Below are positions 36,950 through 47,870 of a stretch of 48,510 nt of DNA, one piece after another. Every line of letters begins with the position of its first letter. Within the stretch, counting starts at the first letter, position 1. The notes below the pieces were generated by a model. The model saw only the letters and a program-made list of their open reading frames with translations, had not been told where the DNA came from and searched no databases. Source of the stretch: Peribolospora baueri (Eukaryota); the NCBI GenBank assembly GCA_029717555.1, contig JAMDHS010000124.1, positions 1-48,510 on the forward strand, in the 5' to 3' direction. The translations under genes and the position numbers were made by a program.

Positions 36950-37385
36950 CGATATCGGCCATTACGACCCCGCCTCCGTCAACCTCTGCTCCTGGTTGCG
37001 ACGCGTCGAGGTCCTTTGCGAGCGCGAGAGCGCGACGAGGACGATCTCACCTAGTCCGCGCCATCCTCCGCGAGCTGCCGTTTTGTATGAAGGGCGCTCC
37101 GGGCGTCTGGTACTCCAACCTGTCCCGGAGCCAGCGCTCCGCGCTGTTCCTGAGCTTGGCGGAGTGTCTCTCGGAAGCCTTCGGCGACGATGAGTATGCC
37201 GCATCGCCGCCGACGACCGTACGTGGCAGGTAACTTCGGAGGATGCCGTCACGTACGCTCGTCGGCGGCGATGCGGGCGGCAAACTCATCGTCGCCGAAG
37301 ACCTCCGAGAGACCCTTGTCCCATTTCTCCAGAGCGCGCAGGGCTGGCTCTTGGAGAGATTTGAGTACCAGACGCCGGGGCCAGC
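36950..37385. mobile_element. Second gag-like relic present as two inverted, diverged copies
   Basis: The plus strand reads DIGHYDP...WLRRVE / LPFCMKGAPGVWYSNL...LSEAFGDDEYAA, resembling fungal gypsy gag N-termini. The minus-strand copy at 37382-37250 reads PGVWYSNLSKSQ...LSEVFGDDEFAARIAADERT. Confidence 0.6.
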
Positions 37386-37669
37386 GACGAACGTATTAGC
37401 TCGTCGCCCGAACCTACTACTGGTCTGGGATGAAGAGATACGTCCAGGAGTACTATGGCTCAGGCGAGGACCGTACCTGGACTGACTCGGTTCATGGAAC
37501 AGAGTAAACGAGAGACAGCCACGGCGAACATGTTGGGAGGGCGAGAGCCGTCGGAGCTAGGCGGGGATTGCAACACATGCAACATTGGAATTAGGCGGGA
37601 ATTGCAACACCTAAAATTCAGGCGCACGGTTTGTACGCTGTACAATACATACGATACCGTTGAGGTGCG

Positions 37670-39296
37670 ATGGCCGATACCAATTCCTCTCTCGATGGCT
37701 CGGAGGGGCAGAATCTCACAAAAGAAGCGCAGATTGAGTACGCGCTGGCGCAGAACAGAGTGGTGAGCTTTGTCGATGGACGCTTAGACGGGGTGTCCAC
37801 GACGCCGTCGGTCAGTACCACGTACCTAACCGCCCCCCACGCCCGTTCTCTGTGCTGGGTTTCCTAACGTGTCTCATCCACAAGTCAAGGTAGCCACCGA
37901 GTTCCAGATCCGAAAGCATGAGCGGGAGGCGGCTCGCAATTGGGACATCTTCTATAAAAGGTAAGGTGGAGTAGCTAGTTCTTCTCGGCCCGCTCGTTGG
38001 CTGGCGCTAACTGCTCAATATTTCGCTTTGATAGGAACACCACCAACTTCTTCAAAGATAGACACTGGACGGATACGGAGTTTCTTGAACTCAAGATGGG
38101 ATTACCATCTGCATCTGCATCTGCATCCCCTGCTCAGGGTGGAAATGGAGATAGTGACTCTGAAGGGCTGAGGGCGTCAGGATCAGCCTCGTCGGGTAGC
38201 ACTGCTGTTCTTACCTTAGGCGGAGATGTCCTAGTCCCCCGCGATACAGGCGATCGGATGTTCATATTAGAAGTGAGCTTTTTTCGTTGTTTTCTTGATT
38301 CAATCTTCGCGAACTAACTCCTCTCATCCTCGCCTCACCCCCCCTCGACACCCCCCTCTTCCTTCAGCTCGGCTGCGGAGTAGGCAACACCATTTACCCT
38401 CTTCTCGAAAAGTATCCCAATCTCGCTGCCCATGCCTGTGACTTTTCTCCTCGCGCCGTCGACTTTGTCAAGGTAAGCAAGAGAACACATTTTCAAGGTC
38501 CAGACGTCACGTTCTTCCGACTTTGCCCCGATTTCTATTTACTCGTTCATCGCTGGGGATCAGCACTAAGCATATTCGCATATCTTACGGTCGACTTATC
38601 ACATATCTCTATTTATCCCAGTCTCATCCATTGTACACTCCCGAGCGGGTTCATGCATTCGTGCACGACCTGACCTGCGACGAGCCATCCTTGCTGTCGA
38701 AGGTATCCTCGACCGACGCCTTCTCTACCGTCGCTCATCTCTCCACTCCACCGTCACTAGCGCTTCCAGTGCTAGCGACAGCCTTCTTTGTTCTCTCTGC
38801 CATACCACCCAACCACCACCTCCCCGTCCTGCGCTCCATTGCCACGACACTCCAACCAGGCGGGCACCTTCTCTTTCGTGACTATGCCTTTGGCGACTTG
38901 GCTCAGCTGCGGTTCCACAGCCCGACGAGACCCTCAAAGGGATACGGAACGCCGAGCCTTTTGAGCGATGCCAAGCCACTGTATAGGCGTGGTGATGGGA
39001 CAATGACATATTTCTTCAAAGAGGAGGAGGTGAAGGGGTGGGTTGAGGGGGCCGACGTGGACATCACTGAAACGCGGCGTGATAATGAGGGGAAGGTGGG
39101 TGGAGAGCGGTCGGACGAAGGTCAACGGAGAGGCGCGGGCGGAGGTGTGGAGATGACACGGAGGGTGTCCGAGCTGGAGCTCGTGTCGCTTGAGACGGTG
39201 AGGAGGACAGTCGAGAACAGGAAGGAAGGCATCGTCATGGAGCGGGCCTTCATTCAGGCCAAGTTTCGGAAACGCCTCGTCAACACCGTCCGATGA
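37670..39296 (+). CDS. tRNA N3-methylcytidine (m3C32) methyltransferase, METTL6/Trm141/Trm140-like, 5 exons
   Basis: EAARNWDIFYKRNTTNFFKDRHW..EF, LELGCGVGNTIYPL, ACDFSPRAV, FFVLSAIPP, LFRDYAFGDLAQLRF, YRRGDGTMTYFF and MERAFIQAKF. Confidence 0.93.
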
Positions 39297-39930
39297 TTGT
39301 TTTACTGTGGATTCATTCGGAATAAAGGACGTTGATCCCTCGCCTGCCAGACCCATGCTTCGCCGCTACGTCACATTCTCCCCCCTTCTATCCATTAACT
39401 TAAATGTTGGTATGCAATTTAGTTTTTGGGCGACCAGGCGGAAATGTCAAAAGCGAGGGACAGCGTCGTACGGAGCGAGATGACATATCGGTCGACCACC
39501 CACTTTGCCCGGTTGTTGCGCCGGTGGCTTTGCTATGACTTTCATGTAGTATGTAAGAAGCACAAGTGGCCATGGGTTTTCCATCGTGCAAAATGAAGCA
39601 CGGCGATATCCCAACAGTGCGTGTCGCCCCTTTGATGGTCCTCACAAAAATATCCGAGCTCAGGTAAGTTGGAGTTTCGGCGGTCCTTGCACAAATGGTG
39701 CAACGCATCTAACGTGTTCGCCCAACCCACCTCTGCATATCCTGCATGCCCAAAACTTGGCTAAGCTACTTGTCTAAATCAACATGGCAAACAGCAGAAG
39801 ATGGACCATAAGGCCTTACGCATGCCAAGACGTGTCGACAAGTGAGTCCAGCGAATGTGGCGTGGAGAATTGAACTGGAGGGATAAACGACACCGTCAGG
39901 TGGAAGGGGTACGTTCTTCCAGCTTTGCGC

Positions 39931-42900
39931 TCAGTTCATAACGTCCTTCAGCTGAGTCTTCGGAATGGCGGCTGCGTACGCCCTGCGTTCGAGTCTCGTG
40001 TGAGTCTTCTGCTCGTACGCGTACGCGTATCCGATCAGGTCGTATTCAGAAAACTGCGTGCCGAGGAAGGCTAAGCCGAAAGGCACGCCCGGTGCAGGAT
40101 AAACGGTGTTGGGGTCCGACGACTGGATGGTCACATTCGCGGGGTAGAAGCCGAGCGGCACTGTTCGACGCGTAGAGAACGTAGCAGGACGTCACGGTGC
40201 AAGGCCAAAGGAGTCGGTAAGCGCGCACACAAGATCCATAAGGTTCCGAAGATCTACAGCTCACCGGTAATGATCGGGTAACCGGCGATGGCAGCTGGCA
40301 CGGTGGTGTCTCCTCCGGAAGGTAGGACGAGCGCGTCGAGGCCGTACTTCTTCAGTGCGCCGTCGATGCCGCGATCACGGCCCAGGCTGTGGTCATTAGC
40401 AAGGGCGGCGTAATAGGTCGAGTTGTAGCCGTTCGTCGCTTCCGATTCAATGAAGCTGAAGAGGAAGGACGCGGAGCAACATGATGCGCGCCATTGCGGA
40501 GAGAAAGGGCCGTATGAGCGTGCCAATTCATTGACGAGCCAATTACCGAAAGTACCAATGGGAGATTTAAGAGCAGGGACCCACATCGACTGATCAGAAT
40601 AATTGGCCGGAAGCTCCAGCTGAGGGTGGTCGTTGTCGTACTTGATGAGGTCTGCTAGCGTACGTACGCCCGTCGGGACTTTGACCAGTTTGGAGAGGTA
40701 GCTGTTCAGGTTGACTATCGAGCGCGAGTGCGCGGTGTGCAGTTCAGTAAAACAACGTGTCGTCGAGATTGTATGAAGACGGGAAGGAGACTCACGCTTA
40801 AAGTCGATATCGAGAACTATCGTCTAATGGCGCAAGAGGAGCATCAAATAATAAATGGTTGAGAGGATGAGAAAAAAAACGACGCTTTGAATGGAAGCGC
40901 GCCAACAGTTCAAAATTGTTGCCGCCAGCGAGGCCGCCCACCTCGTTGTTGCTCGCAATGAGTTCGTCCGCGTCCGGAAAATCAGCCGGATCGACGACGG
41001 TAGCACCAAGCTGCTTCAGCGTCTCCAAGCTCTCGTTGAACTTGACGATCACGCTCGGATTGAAACCGGCGAGCGTTGCATTGAGGAAGCCACGGCGAGG
41101 CACGCCGATTCGCTTGCCTTTCAGGGCGTCCTTGTTCAGCGCCTTGGTGTAGTCTGGAACTTGGACTGGTTGCGCGAGCGTGTAGTTGTCCCCTTTGGGG
41201 TCTCGACCTGCAATGACGGATAGGACGTGAGCAGCGTCCGCCACCGAACGTGCCATCGGCCCCACAGTGTCTTGATTGGCCGAGATGGGGATGACTGTGC
41301 GAGCATATTCAAGCGACAGAACAAGAGCAAGTATGTGAGCGAGAATCCGTCAATATGACAGCGGGAACACCTGCTGTGGGATGAAAACGGAGGTATCCGC
41401 CCACCTCCGGCTCTGCTGGTGAGGCCTACGCTAGGTTTGATGCCAACGAGATTGTTATACTGGCTAGGGCAAATGATTGAACCATCTGTCTCGGTACCCA
41501 GCGCAACGGTTGCGAGCCCGATGGCGGAAGAGACGCCCGAACCCGATGAAGAGCCGCATGGGTCTGCACCAGGGTAGTAAGGGTTGGTGCACTTAACACA
41601 TGGAAGAAACGTGATGCGGTCATGTATTAGTCGGCCTTTCCCGATGCAAACCCGCGAGACTATCTTCGTCACACCCCGCCGTCTTCTAGCATGTCGCCCA
41701 AACCAAGATATCTGGCAAGAAACCAAATGTGCCACCGTGCCTACCTGCCCTCCACGACCAGACCAGCCCGACGTCAGATTGCCTCGATAGTGAGCCCATT
41801 CAGACTGTATCACAAAGCGAGAAAGAGACGGGAGTAAGGACACTGGCCGCCATCATTACTAGAAAACAACATTCTCTGTGGAACAAGGAAATTGTATCTT
41901 TGTGACGCTTACCAGATTTGCCTTGCCAAGGATAATCGCACCCGCCTTACGGAGCTTGGCAATAACAGTAGCGTCGGAGGGAACGATGGAGCCTATTCGC
42001 AGAGCAAACCATAGCGATCAGCGGGGTCGCTCCTGGTCCTTGACGGTAGGACGAAGCGGGGTCAGATGTCACTCGCCCAAAAGAGCGTACGATCCAGCAG
42101 TCGTGTTCATGCCTGGCGTTTCATCAGGAGCAATCATAATCGACCAAAGGATAAATATCAATAGATATCCAGACGGTGAACGAAGCCGTTTGATCCATGA
42201 GGCTATCTGAGTGGAACCACTGGACGACATCCCAAACTCACCTTCCCAAGCAGCTGTAGCTATGTTGTCCTTGACAATAATAGGAATTCCGTGCAAGGAC
42301 CCGCGGCCCTTGCGACCGGGTGAGAGGTCCCGTTCGGCGTCAAGTGCGTGGGCCGCCGCAATGGCATACTCGTTCGTCTCGATGACGGCTCGTAGCATTG
42401 GACCTTGGAGGTTCACCTCTGCGATACGGGCAAGATAGGCCTGCAGGGGAATAGAAGAGATATGGAAACGGGACGGTTCAGCCTTGAGCTGTACCTCAGC
42501 TCGGCTCACTTCATCACTCCTCAACGGCTCACGTTCACAAGGTCGGCGCTGGTGTAGTCGCCGCTCCGCAGCCCGCGCTGGAGCTCATCGATGCCAGCCT
42601 CGTACAAGTCCGGCAAATCTTGCGTCCTGGCCTCCTCGCGATGCTTCGCTTGCTTCTCCTGCTTGAACCCAGGAGAACTCACCAAGACTTGCATGGAGTC
42701 AGCATCGGCTCGACGATCGTAGAGACCATCCTTATCGGAAACAGCCTGGGGACCGGGAGCGCGGAACTGGACGGATCGGGCGTCGAAGTAGTTCGTTGGC
42801 GAGCCCGTGAAAGACTCAGTGCGGACTTCGAGAGCAGAGGCGGCCAGAAGCGCGAGGGAGGGAGAGAAGAAGAGACGCGGAACGACAGAAAAGATGCAGA

Positions 42901-42934
42901 GGAGAGCGGCGAAGGTGGGTCGGAGAGCGGGCAT
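39931..42934 (-). CDS. Secreted amidase-signature family enzyme, 11 exons
   Basis: Hydrophobic N-terminus, LHGIPIIVKDNIAT, GKANLSEWA, PCGSSSGSG, LGTETDGSIICP, GIKPSVGLTSR, DTVGPMARSV and AGYPIITVPLGF. One GC-AG intron at 42076-41993. Confidence 0.95.
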
Positions 42935-43528
42935 GGCGAGCGGTCTGGGAGGGAGGTGTGGGAAGCGGCGGCCTCCTAAGCAAGGGGAGAAATAGGGAGG
43001 GTAAGAAACAGCGGGGAGAGCGACGAACAAGAGCGGACAATGTGGGCGCCCGTCGCGACGATCACTAGCACTTGTTGCTCCATATTTATGCGCCCCCGGC
43101 GATCTTTCTTCTCCATCGCCAATGCAGGCTTTCCGGGCGTAGCGAGCGCGGGGACGATAAAGTCGCTCAGCTTATCAGTCGGCCGAAGAGCGCCGCCGGC
43201 CGCCGATACCGAGCAATGCGGTTCGCACGGACCAGCGGGCGATCAAAGTAGGGTTACATGGATTGCATGAGCTTTACAGAAACTACATCTCCGGACATGG
43301 CCGCTTTCGCCCGCCACCACCCTTTCACGTCGCTTTACCGCAGTCCCGTCGCCAAGAAGTCAGTCGTCCGTGGCCGTCTGTCTTTCTCAGTCGTTGCCCT
43401 CTCAGTCTCCGACATCCTCAAGCCGCGTTACCGGTCACCGCTGACTCTCCGCAAGTTACGTCGCCGGGTTCTTCGCCACGAACGCAAAAGCCACCAATTT
43501 GTAGTAGTACCCCTCTACACCTCTCCAA

Positions 43529-44108
43529 ATGTCTGCCGCTTACGAGAAGAAGGACGTCGAGGGCGCCGGCCCGGCTGCCAAGATCCACAAGATCAGGATC
43601 ACCCTCACGAGCAGGAACGTGAAGAACATCGAGAAGGGTGAGCAGCCGTGGTCACCGCCGCTCCCGACGCGAAGCTCAGACAGGGGGTGCGAAAGGTGTT
43701 GCTATGCGTGTAGGCTGACTTTAATATGGATATACCCCCACCTGCAGTCTGCAACGACCTGATCACCCGCGCCAAGGACAAGCAGCTCCGCGTCAAGGGT
43801 CCCGTGCGCCTTCCCACCAAGACGCTCAAGATCACGACCCGCAAGACGCCCTGCGGTGAAGGCTCCAAGACGTGGGACAGGTACGAGATGAAGATCCACA
43901 AGCGCCTCATCGACCTCCACTCGCCCTCCGAGGTAAGTCCGCACGCACCACTTCGTCGGAACATGCCGATCTTTGGTACTGATGGATGGATGTCTTCGTG
44001 GGTTTTCGAACCGAACCTTGGGACGGCGCGTGATTTTTACAGCTCGTTAAGCAGATCACGAGCATCTCCCTCGAGGTCGGCGTCGAGGTCGAGGTCACGA
44101 TCGTGTAA
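43529..44108 (+). CDS. RPS20: 40S ribosomal protein S20 (uS10), 3 exons
   Basis: [25 protein letters not shown]...[67 protein letters not shown]. Introns at 43638-43747 and 43933-44042. Confidence 0.98.
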
Positions 44109-44547
44109 ACTACACCTACGCGGACGGAGTCATGCTCCATGTTTTAAAATAGGGGACGAACGTCTCCATGCTTTTTTTTATTCGTCAGCGGGGATCGGGG
44201 CCGTACGTCGTGGCGGTCATGTCATGATCGCTGTCGTTACACCTGGCGGCGTCTTGGTCTGTTCGGGGACGTCTATATCGAATCTTCGTACCTGTGCCCC
44301 CCGCCAACTTGTGTCCGTCCGACGCACAGAAGGCGGATGACAGGGTGAACGAGAAGAGAGACAAAAAGCACCTCGGTTTGCTATTCGTCAGATAAAGGGT
44401 CCTTCTCCTTCTCCTAGCCTTTCCTTCACGTGAAACTCGCTCAAGGATAGATAGGGTCGGGTGACGAGACGAGACGAGTGTGCGAGAAAAAGAGAGTAAG
44501 GGCAAGGGCAAGGGGAGGAGATGTCCTCGGTCGGGCGAGGGGTCCGT

Positions 44548-46150
44548 TCAAAACTTGGTATACGACCTCGTAAAGCTGGGAGGGACATTGGCGGCGCCAG
44601 CGCCGGCATCTGCATCTGCACCTGCACCTGCGTCGACGAAACTGACTCTGTATCCCCCATCCGGTGCCGGCCGCTGCCTGGCGGGGCCGTGGCCGTAAGT
44701 GGGTAAAGGCTTTTGGGGGATCGGTCGACTGATGTCCATCTTGAATGGTTTTAGGCTGAACCGCCTCGTCGGGCCGGCGGCGCCTTTGGTCACCTTGGCC
44801 TTGGCGAATCCACCGAACATGCCCGCACCCTCGCCCGTCCCCGGTCCGGCGCCTCGACCTCCACGTCCGCCACCGCTGCCGCCGGCGCTCTTCTCCCGCA
44901 GGGTGTCGAACATGACCTTGGCGGCGGCGCCTCTGGGAGGTTTGAGGTCGGAGGTGTGGGCTCGATGGCGAACGGCTGCAAAGACGGAACGGATGGATTT
45001 GATACGAGCTCTGAGGAGGAGGCCCTGTGAGCCGAAATCGTGGGAAGGGCATGCGCGGTGAGCATTCGCGAGCCTGTTCCGCGGCGCTCACGGCGAAGGG
45101 CCACACAGAGGGGGGAAACTCACGAGAAGGACGTTGAGCAAGCCGACGACGAACAGGAGCCAGCTGGACACGAGTGCAAAGGTCTCGAGGCTGACGCGTG
45201 TGTGAGGGCGACGAGCGCGGAGGTGATCAAGGTATGAACGAGAACGAGCGTCTCACGATCCATCCACATCTAACACGCGAGAAGGTGAGATGCGAGACTA
45301 GACGGCACTCACAAGTGTGACAGCATCGAAGACGCAATGATCGCTTGCCACACACCCAGAGGCGCTGTGCTAAATCCGAAGCCGAGGATGGGCAGGCTTG
45401 TCATGTTCGCCGGGCGAAGAGGTAAAGTAAAAAGCAGGCTGAGCGACCGAAGTGCGTTGGGAATGCTCGGCTAAAAATGACGATGGAAAAGAGTCGGAGA
45501 TAATAAGAGCCTCACCAGTAGTCGAAGAACCTGTCGGCGTGTTTCCAGCTGACTTCAGAGAGGACGAGGAGGAAGCACTGGAAGATGATGAACAGCCGAT
45601 TCAGCTGCGCCCAAAATGGTCCGCCGACGTGGATGGGTATATCTGCAGGGAGGCAAGACAAGACGTTAAGTGGTCGCGCGGTTGACGCGCGGGTTGAAAT
45701 CGTATTTATCAAGTCAAGGAAGGCCCTCCTCCTTCATGACCGGGGAGGACAGAGGGCGCTCACCCGTATTGGCGAAATATTCGCAGTCCAGGTCTTGCTC
45801 AGGAGCACCCGGTCCGTCGCCTGTGACAGTCGCGTTCCGGCTTTGGCTCTGGCTTTGGTCTTCGCGCAAGGACTTCAAGTCACTGTGGGCAAGGAGTTGT
45901 ATGTGAGCCAGGGGGCCCGGATCGAGCACTTTAATGAATGCGGACACTCAGAGAGAAGAGGGGCTGACTTGGAGATGAGAACGCAGGTAGAGGCGAGGAC
46001 GAGGAGGAGGGCGAGGACGGACAAGAGGCGCTGAACGTTCACTGTAGGTGGGCGTGGGACGCGTCCAGGGAACCAAGTCAGCTTGAGTGAAGGGCCCACC
46101 ATGCGCATGTACTCACGGCCCAAAAAGAGAATGGCTTTGGGCGGAATCAT
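44548..46150 (-). CDS. Conserved-looking fungal multi-pass membrane protein of unknown function, 7 exons
   Basis: MIPPKAILFLGLNVQRLLSVLALLLV, DCEYFANTDIP...FWAQLNRLFII, LPILGFGFSTAPLG and SWLLFVVGLLNVLLGL. Six GT-AG introns. Confidence 0.78.
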
Positions 46151-46909
46151 GACGGCGGTGCCCTTGTCTCCCTTGAAGAAAAAACAACGGTGAAAAGACA
46201 AAATCAAGGCCACCTGGGCCTAGAGACGAAGGTCGAAAGCGAAGCGAGACGTGAAGGGAGCGTGTGAGATGAAAAAAAGTCAGTGGGGAACGAGAGATGA
46301 GAAAGGTACACCAGACCAGGCGCTTGGAGGCAGGGGCGTCTTATAACGCAGACGCAGACAGCGGTGCGTTCCAACATTGAGGATGGCATGGAGCTGTGTT
46401 TGTAGAGACAAAAGGGAGGACAATGGTGGCATGACGGACGTCTGTGGCAGAGGCGACAGCGAAGGAGGGAGGGAGGCCTGGCTGGCCGTGGGAGACGGGC
46501 GTGGGTGTCAAAGGAAAGAAGAAGCACCACAAAGGGCAAACACCCTTCGTCCAACCATGTTTGAGAGGATCTCCTTGGAACGTGTCAGGCTGCTCCATGG
46601 CGTTGCGTCGTCGCCTGATCATCGTCGCTGACGGTGAACGACAAAGGACAGCGCCGAAACAGGAGAACAGGAAGCGGTGTCCGTGGGGAGCACGTGACAG
46701 ACGCTCGCTATCGCGCGCTCTCCGTGTTCCGGTTTGGCCAGGTAACCCTACTCTGTGTCTGCATGTGTCTGTGACCACCTCCGTGCGTTGGCTGCTTGAT
46801 GGTTCCTCCTCCGTCCTCCGTTGACCTGCAACTCGGTTGCACTCCAAGGGAGCACGGATCGGGGCTTGTTCACTTTCACTTTAACGGGCCCGCTCGCAGC
46901 GCTTCGCAA

Positions 46910-47425
46910 CCTGTCGCTGTCGCTGTCGCTGTCGGCACGTCGTCGAATCGCGTCCGTTCGTCATCCACCGGTGCCTCCGTGCTCCGTGCTCCGTGCTCCG
47001 TCCGACTTGGCAGAGGGGGCTGGCGATCTTATTGTCATCGGTCCTTAGGCGAGGAATGGGGACTGGCAGCCGGCTCGGCTCGGCTCGGCTCGACGTCCTT
47101 GCATGCGTGCCGTTCTCCTTGATCCTATCCGATCCTCTTCGTCGTCGCCAGCAGCGCGCCTCGATCCAATCGGGACCTTCTTCCGCGATGGACTGACTGG
47201 CTCGGCGGACGGACTGACTCGCAAGCTAACCGCCTCCTTCGTCAGACCCCTTTGGTATGCGCTCAGCGCAGCCCACACAAGGCCTCCCTCCGCTCCGGGG
47301 CGTGCGTGCGTGCGTCACACCGGTTCTTATACTCACCGTAGCTCTCTCTCCCCTAGGTGCGAGGTGGCGGGTCGTCGTCGCTGTCGCTGTCGCCGTCGCC
47401 GTCGTCGTCGTCGTCGTCGTCGTGC
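46910..47425. repeat. Cluster of short SSRs in the long intergenic region: (CTGTCG)n, (GTGCTCC)n, (GGCTC)n, (GCGT)n, (GTC)n
   Basis: Visible at ~46911-46934, ~46971-46999, ~47071-47091, ~47299-47315 and ~47372-47422. Confidence 0.85.
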
Positions 47426-47724
47426 CCGCGTCGCCTTCGGCGTTGCGTTGCGCTGCCCTTGAATCCATCCACATCCGCCGGTCAGCGAGCCAGCCATCTC
47501 GGATCGCACTGGACAGATGCGAGATGTAAGCTCTACCGTGCGTCGCGGGGCGGCGTCTGGCATGCCGCGCGTGTTGCTGCCCGCCTCCTCTGCTCCTCAT
47601 TCTCATTCTCTTGGGCGCCTCCGCTCGGCCTAGCCTCTCCCTCAGAATGCGCGTAATCCCTCGCTCGCCCAAGTCCATGTCCCAAGCGCCGACCGTCCGG
47701 AACGCCAGCGCCCATCTTTCTACC

Positions 47725-47731
47725 TATAAAG
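47725..47731 (+). promoter_or_regulatory. TATA box of the secreted repeat-protein gene
   Basis: CTATAAAG lies ~145 bp upstream of the ATG at 47871 and is followed by a pyrimidine-rich leader. Confidence 0.6.
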
Positions 47732-47870
47732 ACGCGGCAGCCGACCGCAACAGCCGCCCGTCTCTTCCACCATCGACGCACGCGTCCCCGCCTCTGTCCG
47801 TTTGTTCTCCACCCCCGACCCGTATTGCCCACGCTCTTTTTGTCCTTCCATTGTCTTACGCCCGTTGACT

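Noticed and set aside
37670..39296. ABP140/TRM140-type programmed +1 frameshift
   Set aside because: All frame changes are explained by canonical introns. There is no CTTAGGC site in the junction context and no N-terminal extension.
43933..44042. Intronic snoRNA in RPS20
   Set aside because: I found no convincing C box (RTGATGA) with D-box pairing and no H/ACA architecture in either short intron.
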